This document shows, piece by piece, positions 55,993-64,000 of a stretch of 64,000 bases of DNA; position 1 is the stretch's first letter, and every line of letters starts with the position of its first letter. The DNA is taken from the IMG/VR virus record IMGVR_UViG_3300009108_000480; one strand, 5' to 3'. A program made the position numbers and the translations under genes. The DNA is from a virus. Lineage: Duplodnaviria > Caudoviricetes. The notes below the pieces were generated by a model. The model saw only the letters and a list, made by a program, of their open reading frames with translations, was not told the origin of the DNA and ran no database searches.

Positions 55993-57099
55993 ATGGCAAG
56001 AGCAAAACAAACAGATAAACAAGCAGTAGGATCACAAAATAGAACGGTTACGCCTAATGAAGCGAAACTGGCACTAGAACACTGCATTAAATTACAAAGA
56101 CCAATAATGATGTGGGGAGCACCAGGTATTGGTAAATCAGACATAGTTAAACAAATTGCAGATTCTCAAAAAAGAGAAGTTATTGATATTAGACTTCCTT
56201 TATGGGAACCAACAGATATTAAGGGTATTCCTTATTATAACGCAAAAGAAAATAATATGGTATGGGCCGCACCGGCTGAATTACCAGTAGATGTAAAATC
56301 AACATCAATTATTTTCTTAGATGAATTAAATTCGGCGGCACCGGCAGTACAGGCGGCGGCGTACCAACTTATATTAAACAGAAGAGTTGGACAATATAAA
56401 CTGCCCGACGGTGTTTCAATTGTAGCGGCTGGTAACAGAGATGCTGACAAAGGTGTCACTTACAGAATGCCGGCTCCATTAGCCAACAGATTTGTTCACA
56501 TAGAATTAAGAGTAGACTACGACGACTGGATGGAATGGGCAACATTTAATCATATTCATCCTGATGTTGTAGGTTATGTGACATTTGCAAAACAAGATTT
56601 ATATGATTTTGATCCAAAAGGATCATCAAGATCTTTCGCAACTCCAAGATCATGGAGTTTCGTATCACAACTTCTATCAGATGACCTGCCAGAAAGTACG
56701 CTCACTGACCTCGTTGCAGGCGCAGTAGGAGAAGGATTGGCCGTTAAGTTTATGAATCACCGTAAGGTGAGCGGCCAACTTCCTAATCCATCTGATATAT
56801 TGAGCGGTAAAGTTAAAGATTTAAAATGCAAAGAAATATCAGCGATGTATTCTTTAACTGTTTCATTGTGTTATGAATTACAACAAGCACATGAAAAGAA
56901 AACAAAAAACTGGAACGAACAAGCAGACAGATTCTTTCACTACATGATGGACAACTTTGAAACAGAGTTAGTTGTTATGGGTGCCAAGATTGCTTTGACA
57001 AACTATAAACTTCCGTTCGATCCTAGCAAACTAAAATCTTTTGATAGGTTCCATAAGAAGTTTGGCAAATATGTCATAACTGCTATGGAGTCTAAATGA
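55993..57099 (+). CDS. MoxR-like AAA+ ATPase (AAA_5)
   Basis: WGAPGIGKS, FLDELN, AAGNR, PLANRF, TPRSW. Confidence 0.9.
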   Translation: MARAKQTDKQAVGSQNRTVTPNEAKLALEHCIKLQRPIMMWGAPGIGKSDIVKQIADSQKREVIDIRLPLWEPTDIKGIPYYNAKENNMVWAAPAELPVDVKSTSIIFLDELNSAAPAVQAAAYQLILNRRVGQYKLPDGVSIVAAGNRDADKGVTYRMPAPLANRFVHIELRVDYDDWMEWATFNHIHPDVVGYVTFAKQDLYDFDPKGSSRSFATPRSWSFVSQLLSDDLPESTLTDLVAGAVGEGLAVKFMNHRKVSGQLPNPSDILSGKVKDLKCKEISAMYSLTVSLCYELQQAHEKKTKNWNEQADRFFHYMMDNFETELVVMGAKIALTNYKLPFDPSKLKSFDRFHKKFGKYVITAMESK

Positions 57100-58319
57100 C
57101 CGCAACAGATCAACAAATTGTAGACAAACTAGTTACCGCAAGGATTGCCTTACTTTTAAAACATCCGTTTTTTGGCAACCTTGCAACTAGATTAAAATTA
57201 GTTAACGCAGATAATTGGATACCAACTGCTGGTACTGATGGCAGAAATTTTTATTACAATACTAAATTTATAGATAAACTTACACCAAAACAAGCAGAGT
57301 TTTTATTTGGTCACGAAGTTCTACATAATGTATTTGAACATATGTTAGTTAGACAAGGTAATAGGCAACCAACATTATGGAATATTGCGGCGGATTATGC
57401 CGTTAATCAAATACTTGTTGAAAGCAAAATTGGTGAGATGCCAACAGGTAGTAATAAAGGTTTTCAGGATGACAAATATAAAGATTGGCCTGCAGAAAAA
57501 ATATATGATGAATTATATAAAACTGCAAAAAAGAATGGTAAAAAAGTAATAGAAAAATTAGGTAAACTTATTGATGAACATATCGATTGGGACAAAGGTC
57601 TAGGAAAGAATGGAAAAGGAAAAGATAAAAAAGATGGAAAAGGACAACCTGTTTATACAAAAGACGAATTAAAGAAAATTAGAGATGAAGTTAAAGAAGC
57701 AATGATAAGTGCCGCACAAAGTACAGGTGCAGGTAGCTTACCTGGTGCAATACAAAAAATGGTTGCTGAATTAACAGAACCAAAAATGGATTGGAGAGAA
57801 ATAATCCAACAACAAATTTTAAGTACAATGAAATCGGATTATACTTGGATGAGACCTAGTAGAAAAGCATGGCATACATCTGCTATACTACCAGGACAAA
57901 ACAATGATCAAATGATTGATATATGTTTGGCTATTGATGCTTCTGGTTCAATATCAGACCAACAATGCAAAGAATTTTTAACAGAAGTTAAAAACATAAT
58001 GGATCAATATAAAGACTTTAGAATACATCTTTGGACATTTGATACCAAAGTATTCAATCCAAAAGTGTTTACACCCGATAATGCACAAGAACTATTAGAC
58101 TATAAATTAGGTTCAGGTGGTGGTACAGAGTTTGAATGTAATTGGGATTATATGAAAGAACAAGGTATTGTACCTAAGAAATTTATAATGTTTACAGATG
58201 GCTGGCCTTTTGATAGCTGGGGAGATGAAAATTATTGCGATACTATATTTCTAATTAATAACGAATACGACAGAAACATAGAAGCACCATTTGGAATGAC
58301 GGTGCAATATGAAGATTAA
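57096..58319 (+). CDS. Metallopeptidase-like domain plus vWA domain (DUF2201-like)
   Basis: TAGTDG, HEVLH, WNIAADYAVN; MIDAS DASGS, GGGTEF, FTDG. Confidence 0.88.
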   Translation: MTATDQQIVDKLVTARIALLLKHPFFGNLATRLKLVNADNWIPTAGTDGRNFYYNTKFIDKLTPKQAEFLFGHEVLHNVFEHMLVRQGNRQPTLWNIAADYAVNQILVESKIGEMPTGSNKGFQDDKYKDWPAEKIYDELYKTAKKNGKKVIEKLGKLIDEHIDWDKGLGKNGKGKDKKDGKGQPVYTKDELKKIRDEVKEAMISAAQSTGAGSLPGAIQKMVAELTEPKMDWREIIQQQILSTMKSDYTWMRPSRKAWHTSAILPGQNNDQMIDICLAIDASGSISDQQCKEFLTEVKNIMDQYKDFRIHLWTFDTKVFNPKVFTPDNAQELLDYKLGSGGGTEFECNWDYMKEQGIVPKKFIMFTDGWPFDSWGDENYCDTIFLINNEYDRNIEAPFGMTVQYED

Positions 58320-58575
58320 TCCAAAAAACTTTTACCAAAGAGAACTAGATATATTACCACCACATTTTGTTAATACTGTGGTAAGAGCTTCAGATAATGA
58401 CATTCACAAAATGAGAACTTGGATATATGAACATTGTTCAGGTCGGTATTCAATTACCAAAGACGTAATATTTGACAAAGACAAATCTAAATCTGTTACA
58501 GTACTTGGTTTTGAAGATCCAGGAGACCTTATTCTATTCTCTTTGAGTGGAATGACTCAAATACCCCAAAATTAA
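58309..58575 (+). CDS. Hypothetical protein
   Basis: Coupled ORF. Confidence 0.55.
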   Translation: MKINPKNFYQRELDILPPHFVNTVVRASDNDIHKMRTWIYEHCSGRYSITKDVIFDKDKSKSVTVLGFEDPGDLILFSLSGMTQIPQN

Positions 58576-58578
58576 CTG

Positions 58579-58607
58579 TTGCTTTATATAATTAATATTA
58601 GTATAAT
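58579..58607 (+). promoter_or_regulatory. Sigma70-type promoter
   Basis: TTGCTT (58579-58584), 17 nt, TATAAT (58602-58607); AGGAG RBS before 58653. Confidence 0.65.
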
Positions 58608-58652
58608 ATGCGTATATATTAAATACTAATTGCAATTAGGAGAAAAAAATAA

Positions 58653-58991
58653 ATGGCAACAAAGAAAAGTAAACTAAAAAAAGCATCCAAGACTACTACG
58701 GCACAACCAACTGTGGCGGCTGGTGCTTTACCTCAGCCTGATCCTAGTGCTTTATCAATTGGTGACTTAAAAAACTTGACAGCTATATTAGATGTAGCTT
58801 CAAGCAGAGGTGCATTTAGAGCCAGTGAAATGGCAGGTGTAGGATTAATGTATAATAAACTTCAAGCATTTTTGGCTAAGGTAGCACCACCTGAACCTAA
58901 AAAAGAAGGAACACCTACAACCGGAACGGCACCAACACAAACACCAACACAAACACAAGCACCAGTATCAAAAGGTATAGGGGAGATATAA
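58653..58991 (+). CDS. Hypothetical phage protein
   Basis: Good RBS; IDVASSRGAF-type core with low-complexity tails. Confidence 0.65.
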   Translation: MATKKSKLKKASKTTTAQPTVAAGALPQPDPSALSIGDLKNLTAILDVASSRGAFRASEMAGVGLMYNKLQAFLAKVAPPEPKKEGTPTTGTAPTQTPTQTQAPVSKGIGEI

Positions 58992-59000
58992 GGAGAAAAT

Positions 59001-59537
59001 ATGGCAAAATTAATGAACATAAACGAAACAGTGATGCCATTGGGTCCTGGTACAGGAGCAACAGGAGGTCAAGCCGATGGACCACGAAGACATTTTAAAC
59101 ATATTGGAGAACTTAAAGATGGTGGAGCAAAAGTAGTAATTGTTTATAGAACTGTACCAAATGAACCAAATAACTGTTTAGTAGTAGGTACAAAGTTTTT
59201 ACCTAATGTATATCATGATTCACTAATGAAAGCAGTAGAATCCGATGGTGGACAAGCAGAAAAAGAATTTGGTGTTTTTCTGTCTAGACAAACATTTCCA
59301 GATGGAACTAATATGTTGCAACTATTACACAACGACAACTATATCAAAAAGTTTGCAACTAAAGATATTATTGTAACTTTTGGTGCAACTGCAGATGGAA
59401 GAATAGCACTTGATAAACTAAACACCCAAATTGCAAAAGATCTGGGTGTAAAAGTGTCTGAATTGGCAGTAGCTGATGATACACCGATGGCAGAGACAAT
59501 AACCAAAACGTCTGATGCCAAAAAAACCAAAAAATAA
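59001..59537 (+). CDS. Hypothetical phage protein
   Basis: AAGGAG RBS. Confidence 0.65.
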   Translation: MAKLMNINETVMPLGPGTGATGGQADGPRRHFKHIGELKDGGAKVVIVYRTVPNEPNNCLVVGTKFLPNVYHDSLMKAVESDGGQAEKEFGVFLSRQTFPDGTNMLQLLHNDNYIKKFATKDIIVTFGATADGRIALDKLNTQIAKDLGVKVSELAVADDTPMAETITKTSDAKKTKK

Positions 59538-59850
59538 ATCCTGGATATCGTTAACTAAAGGTTTTGTAAAAGGGTGGCCTGAAGTATTAGAAGGTCTCTC
59601 TTTTACAAATATGCCTGTAAAGTATCTAATATACGTTAATATACTTCTTAAAAACAATCTTACAATACATTACGATGTTGAAAAAGAACTAAAAACTAAA
59701 AAACAAGATCGTATCGCTAGTTTTTTAAAAGATACTATAGAAAAAAATTATTTTAAAATAAAAACAGTTGATTTAAAATTTAATATTCCACTGTTAAAAC
59801 AAGATATAGAATCAAAAACTTCTTCTGTACTTGGTAAAACATTTAAATAA
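59515..59850 (+). CDS. Hypothetical protein
   Basis: Coupled ORF. Confidence 0.55.
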   Translation: MPKKPKNKSWISLTKGFVKGWPEVLEGLSFTNMPVKYLIYVNILLKNNLTIHYDVEKELKTKKQDRIASFLKDTIEKNYFKIKTVDLKFNIPLLKQDIESKTSSVLGKTFK

Positions 59851-59855
59851 TTTGA

Positions 59856-60500
59856 ATGAAAGCATTTTCTAAAAAGTTTTTTATATTAACTGCTCATCCT
59901 GAAGATATGGAAGTAGGTTGTGGAGGATTAGTAGCAAAAATTCTCGCCCATGGCGGATCAGTAACAAACTTAATAATGGTACAACCGGCGGCAGAAGAGC
60001 ATCCAAAAAGAAATCAAGAAGTTGTTAAAAAAGAATTAACAAATAGTAATGCAATTTTAAAACATAAAACTATAATATATGATACTCCACTACACAACAA
60101 CCATAGACCAAATTTAACTCTTACTAATAATGTAATTACTGACGTTGAAAAAATTGCAAAAAGACATGACATTTTAATTAGTCATTGGCAGGAAGATCAC
60201 CATCAAGACCATCAAACTTGTCACAAAATTGCAAGAAGTATAGCAAGAAAAAACTTTGAACAATTTTGGTGTATGGACGAAACACCTTACAATTTACATT
60301 ATAAAAATTTTAAATGCAATTTATATATTGATATTAGTGATTACATTAATACAAAACGTAAAAGTATTGAAGCATATAACTCATATTTTTCTGATAGTGC
60401 TATAAATCAAATAATTAATTACAACAAATATCGAGGCGAGTTTTTAGGATCAAACAAAATTGCAGAAACATTTCAAATAATGTTTAAAAAAGACGTATGA
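59856..60500 (+). CDS. PIG-L/LmbE-family N-acetyl-sugar deacetylase
   Basis: TAHPEDMEVGCGG, HWQEDHHQDH. Confidence 0.85.
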   Translation: MKAFSKKFFILTAHPEDMEVGCGGLVAKILAHGGSVTNLIMVQPAAEEHPKRNQEVVKKELTNSNAILKHKTIIYDTPLHNNHRPNLTLTNNVITDVEKIAKRHDILISHWQEDHHQDHQTCHKIARSIARKNFEQFWCMDETPYNLHYKNFKCNLYIDISDYINTKRKSIEAYNSYFSDSAINQIINYNKYRGEFLGSNKIAETFQIMFKKDV

Positions 60501-61498
60501 GAATATTAGTATTAGGTGGATATGGATTTATTGGTAGTCATATTTGTCAACAATTAAAAAAAGACAATCATATTATTGGTGTAGTTGATTGTTATCATCA
60601 ATATTATACATTTCCTAATTGGGAATACCAACCTATATTATCACAAAGAAAAGAAATTACACAAACCGATAAAGAATATATTGGACAAATTGAAAATTTA
60701 CAATTCATGGAACAAGCGTTTGAAGATTTTAAACCCGACAGAGTTATTCACGTTGCAACCTATCCAAATGCAAAAATGGTCAAAAGAAATGTAGCTGATG
60801 CTACGAACAATATGATTACTGCTACTTCATATATTTTAGACTTATGTGTAAAACATAAAGTTGAAAAAATTGTATATGCATCTAGCAGTATGGTATATGG
60901 AGAATTTAATAAACAAATACCTGACGAAAATGTAATACCTAAACCAAATACAGTCTATGGTTCGTATAAAAGACAAGGAGAAATTTTATGCAAAATTTGG
61001 CATCGACAACACGGATTAAACTATGTAATAATGAGACCTTCGGCAGTTTATGGTACTCGAGATACAGTAACAAGGGTGATTAGTCATTTATTAAAAAATG
61101 TATTAACTACCGGAACAATGACTGTGCAAGGACCTGATAATAAATTAGATTTTTCTAATGTGCTTGACGTAGCAGAATATTTTTCTTTAGTTTGTACAAA
61201 CGAAATTATAAATGAAACATTTAATTGTACAAGAGGATATGGTAGAAAAATTATTGAAGCGGCTGAAATAATAAAACAAAAACTAGGTACAGGAACAATT
61301 ATTACTAAACCACATGACGATTTTTATCCAAACAGAGATACACTTAATAGTGACAAAGCAAAGACTATGCTAAATTTTAATCCTACAATAGATATTGAAG
61401 AAGGTATCCCAAAATATATGAATTGGTTTTTAGGACAACCATTTTATTTTGAAAATTTAGATATTAATAAAAAGTTTCCGTTGGGTACAAAGATTTAA
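60497..61498 (+). CDS. NAD-dependent epimerase/dehydratase (extended SDR)
   Basis: LVLGGYGFIGSH, YASSSMVYG, YGSYK. Confidence 0.9.
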   Translation: MRILVLGGYGFIGSHICQQLKKDNHIIGVVDCYHQYYTFPNWEYQPILSQRKEITQTDKEYIGQIENLQFMEQAFEDFKPDRVIHVATYPNAKMVKRNVADATNNMITATSYILDLCVKHKVEKIVYASSSMVYGEFNKQIPDENVIPKPNTVYGSYKRQGEILCKIWHRQHGLNYVIMRPSAVYGTRDTVTRVISHLLKNVLTTGTMTVQGPDNKLDFSNVLDVAEYFSLVCTNEIINETFNCTRGYGRKIIEAAEIIKQKLGTGTIITKPHDDFYPNRDTLNSDKAKTMLNFNPTIDIEEGIPKYMNWFLGQPFYFENLDINKKFPLGTKI

Positions 61499-62792
61499 AT
61501 TTACTTCTACAAAAATCCCAAGTATAAGTTTGTAAAATTTTATCTTCATCATACGCACATTCTTTAACAAAATCTTTTGCATCTTTTGAACCACGTGCTA
61601 ACCATTTATGTTCCGTTGCCATCCATTTTTTTAATCTATAAGATGTTTCTACAGTAGGTTTACGTTCATTCCATAATATTAATTTTGAAACTTCTCTAAA
61701 TGCATTTTTCCATGCAGTATAATTGTCGGGTGTTAATAATGATGTACTAGCAATAATTGATATTACTTCATGTGGTTGTGATAATGTAAAATCTAAAATA
61801 TTATCATTAGCAGTAGCTAAACATAAACTTTTATTATAGATATTAATGTTAAATGTACCATAATCTAGATCTAATTCTTCTAAACGAGAATGAAAAATAT
61901 AATGTCTTTTTGTTAAGCATCTATCTATTGTATAATCAAACATAAATGTATCTGCTACAATACTTTTAGCAAATACGGCATAAAAATATTCTGTATTAGA
62001 CTGTTTAGCGGCTTCTTTGTATGCTTGACTTCTACCTTTAACATTTTTTACCCAATGTAATTTATTTTTTAAACTATATTTTTTAATATGAGCTTGTAAA
62101 ATATCAAAATTTTCTTGTTCAAAAGGCTCTCCATTTGAAATAAAAATAACATCAAAGCAATCTTTTTTGTTATTATCTTTTATTGTGTACAGTAAATTAT
62201 AATCATATAACTGTGTTCTAATATCTTGTAGAGCTTTACGAGGAATATAAAACGTTTTTCCTGCTAGATATATTTTTAAATCTTCCCAATACGATGGATA
62301 AAACATTTCTTCTTCTTCTCCAGTTTCATAATATCTAATATATTGTGAATTTGGAATTTTATTTTTTGGTAATGATTCAATAACATTACTTAAATTAAAT
62401 TCAACTGCTTCTACATCATTATCATATTTTAAATTTTCTGTATGATAATTTACGTGTTCAAAATCTCTTAAAAATTTTATATTTTGTGTTGTAAAAGATT
62501 TATGAAATAAAAACGTATCGCCTTCTTTTTGTGTTGGACAACTCCATGTGTGCAATTGTTTTGCTTCAAATTGTTCTGGTATATAATTAAAATCAAATTT
62601 TGTGTAATCTATTTTGCTACTTAACATCCACACATATTCAGTATTAGCTGATTCTATTATAACTTTACTTAAATCATAATAACTTTTTATAAAAGGCATT
62701 ACTTTAACATATGGAAAAACTTGTTTAATTTTGTTTATATTTTCTTTACTTTTTTTATTTTGAAAATTAATACAATAACAATCAAACGCCAT
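61464..62792 (-). CDS. Hypothetical protein, possibly glycosyltransferase-like
   Basis: VIFISNGEP...YFYAVFAK pattern occurring twice in degenerate form; 3' overlap with the epimerase. Confidence 0.5.
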   Translation of the reverse strand: MAFDCYCINFQNKKSKENINKIKQVFPYVKVMPFIKSYYDLSKVIIESANTEYVWMLSSKIDYTKFDFNYIPEQFEAKQLHTWSCPTQKEGDTFLFHKSFTTQNIKFLRDFEHVNYHTENLKYDNDVEAVEFNLSNVIESLPKNKIPNSQYIRYYETGEEEEMFYPSYWEDLKIYLAGKTFYIPRKALQDIRTQLYDYNLLYTIKDNNKKDCFDVIFISNGEPFEQENFDILQAHIKKYSLKNKLHWVKNVKGRSQAYKEAAKQSNTEYFYAVFAKSIVADTFMFDYTIDRCLTKRHYIFHSRLEELDLDYGTFNINIYNKSLCLATANDNILDFTLSQPHEVISIIASTSLLTPDNYTAWKNAFREVSKLILWNERKPTVETSYRLKKWMATEHKWLARGSKDAKDFVKECAYDEDKILQTYTWDFCRSKFKSLYPTETFY

Positions 62793-63876
62793 AAAATTCC
62801 TGAATACATTTACAAATGTATTTTACTTCTTCTTCTTTAAGATAAGGATAAATTGGCAACGAAATAACTTCTTTACAAAATGCTTCTGCTTTCCAATACC
62901 CATTAACTAATGGATCTTTTTTAAAAAAATATAACTCTGGCATAGGTTTTTTATAATGTACTTGCGTTTCAATACCTTTATTAGCTAAAAATATTTGTAA
63001 TTCATCTCTATTTTGCAATTTAAGTACTAGTTTGTGATTATTGCTTACTGTTTTTTCTGGTGTTTTAACACTATTAATATGCATTTTGTCAAACTCTTCT
63101 TCATACCATCGTCTAATCTTTGCTCTCTTTTTAAGTAACCCTTTATATTTTGAAAATAGAAAATTTAATATAGCGGCATGATCTTCAGATAATACAGAAT
63201 TGTATCCATGACTAATACGTATTGGTCCTGCTCCATGATAACGATATGCTCTAATAGCCTGAGCTTCTTCTAAAGTATCACATACTACCATTCCACCATT
63301 TCCAAATGCTGGTAAAGGTTTTGATGGTGCAAAACTTAATACACTAATATCACCTAATTTTCCTGATGGAATTTTTTTATAAAATGATCCTAACGATTGT
63401 GCGGCATCTTCTATTAATGGAATTTTTCTTTCTTCACAAAACGTTTTAAGCCGATCATAATTTGCTAAATTACCAAAAAGATTTACATATACTACTGCAT
63501 CAACTTTATTAATTGGTGTAAGTTGACCAATTTGACCATTTTCATCAATATCAATAAATTCAATACTTGCTCCGGTTCTTTTAATTGCTTCTGCAGTTGC
63601 CATAAAAGATACTGCTGGACATAAAACATTTTTACCAGGACCTATTCCTTTCGTCTTAAGAGCAAAATATAACGCATCAGTTCCACTACCAACTGCAACT
63701 GCATATTCTCTTTTTGTATATTTTGCAATACTAGTTTCAAGTTGTGCAACTTCACTAGTTAAAACATGACGACCAATTATCATATTACCACTCTTCCATA
63801 CTGCTTTGGCACGTCTTGTTATACGCCAACTAAAACTATCATACAATCTGTCTAATCCAGTAAATTTAATATTCAT
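62782..63876 (-). CDS. DegT/DnrJ/EryC1/StrS PLP-dependent sugar aminotransferase
   Basis: VGSGTDAL, IEDAAQSLG, SFAPSK.L..FGNGG, ISLPIYP. Confidence 0.92.
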   Translation of the reverse strand: MNIKFTGLDRLYDSFSWRITRRAKAVWKSGNMIIGRHVLTSEVAQLETSIAKYTKREYAVAVGSGTDALYFALKTKGIGPGKNVLCPAVSFMATAEAIKRTGASIEFIDIDENGQIGQLTPINKVDAVVYVNLFGNLANYDRLKTFCEERKIPLIEDAAQSLGSFYKKIPSGKLGDISVLSFAPSKPLPAFGNGGMVVCDTLEEAQAIRAYRYHGAGPIRISHGYNSVLSEDHAAILNFLFSKYKGLLKKRAKIRRWYEEEFDKMHINSVKTPEKTVSNNHKLVLKLQNRDELQIFLANKGIETQVHYKKPMPELYFFKKDPLVNGYWKAEAFCKEVISLPIYPYLKEEEVKYICKCIQEFYGV

Positions 63877-64000
63877 AAAATCCTAAAGTTTGTAATAATT
63901 TTTTATTTTCAAAAAGAGGTCCAAGATTATATCTATTTTGTTGATCATTAAATTCACTAAAAAATCTTTTATTATTCTTTCTACCATGCTCAGTGAATGG
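63866..64000 (-). CDS. C-terminal fragment of a gene running off the window
   Basis: Open frame ...FFSEFNDQQNRYNLGPLFENKKLLQTLGFYEY-stop, overlapping the DegT start. Confidence 0.5.
   Translation of the reverse strand, partial: PFTEHGRKNNKRFFSEFNDQQNRYNLGPLFENKKLLQTLGFYEY

Noticed and set aside
200-60794. Many short antisense or alternate-frame ORFs in the track (for example 200-514, 12847-13194, 14595-15095, 31264-31695, 32083-32571, 40887-41084)
   Set aside because: They lie fully over well-supported + strand genes, lack RBS or promoters and have shadow-like composition.
1-64000. Stop-codon reassignment, tRNA or rRNA genes
   Set aside because: Conserved genes are intact in the standard code and TAA, TAG and TGA all end genes; intergenic gaps are too short and lack cloverleaf stems (checked by eye; tRNAscan would be decisive).

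Overview
An AT-rich (roughly 30% GC by eye, not computed), densely coded 64 kb segment of a large lytic dsDNA tailed phage with T4-like replication genes, probably infecting a Gram-negative aquatic bacterium. Phage identity rests on a family B DNA polymerase, a gp44/RFC-type clamp loader, a probable sliding clamp, a T4 RNase H-like nuclease, an M15A endolysin with an i-spanin/o-spanin pair, a MoxR ATPase/vWA pair, and TAAATA late-promoter-like boxes. All genes are on the + strand until about 61.5 kb, where a convergent - strand block begins. The window carries many host-like genes (GroES, DnaJ, ClpA, peptide deformylase, Fe/Mn SOD, GMP reductase, thioredoxin-like protein) and many glycan or small-molecule modification enzymes (three radical SAM/twitch paralogs, sulfotransferase-like proteins, glycosyltransferases, epimerases, DegT aminotransferase, PIG-L deacetylase). 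Main highlights: (1) a 7-deazaguanine DNA-modification system (TGT/DpdA-like, QueD/DpdL-like, FolE, QueE, YhhQ; no QueC in the window) with a glycosyltransferase and GalE embedded in it; (2) a cluster of proteins with N-termini resembling T4 capsid-targeting sequences, including enzymes that may be injected at infection; (3) two SutA-like RNA-polymerase-binding motifs, one in an ORF missed by the track; (4) both promoter classes often sit 5-8 nt from the ATG, which implies leaderless mRNAs; (5) a 1203-aa lipoprotein subtilisin with a Thr-rich stalk. All family assignments come from motif recognition by eye. No database search was run. No tRNA, rRNA, CRISPR array, intron or intein was recognised.
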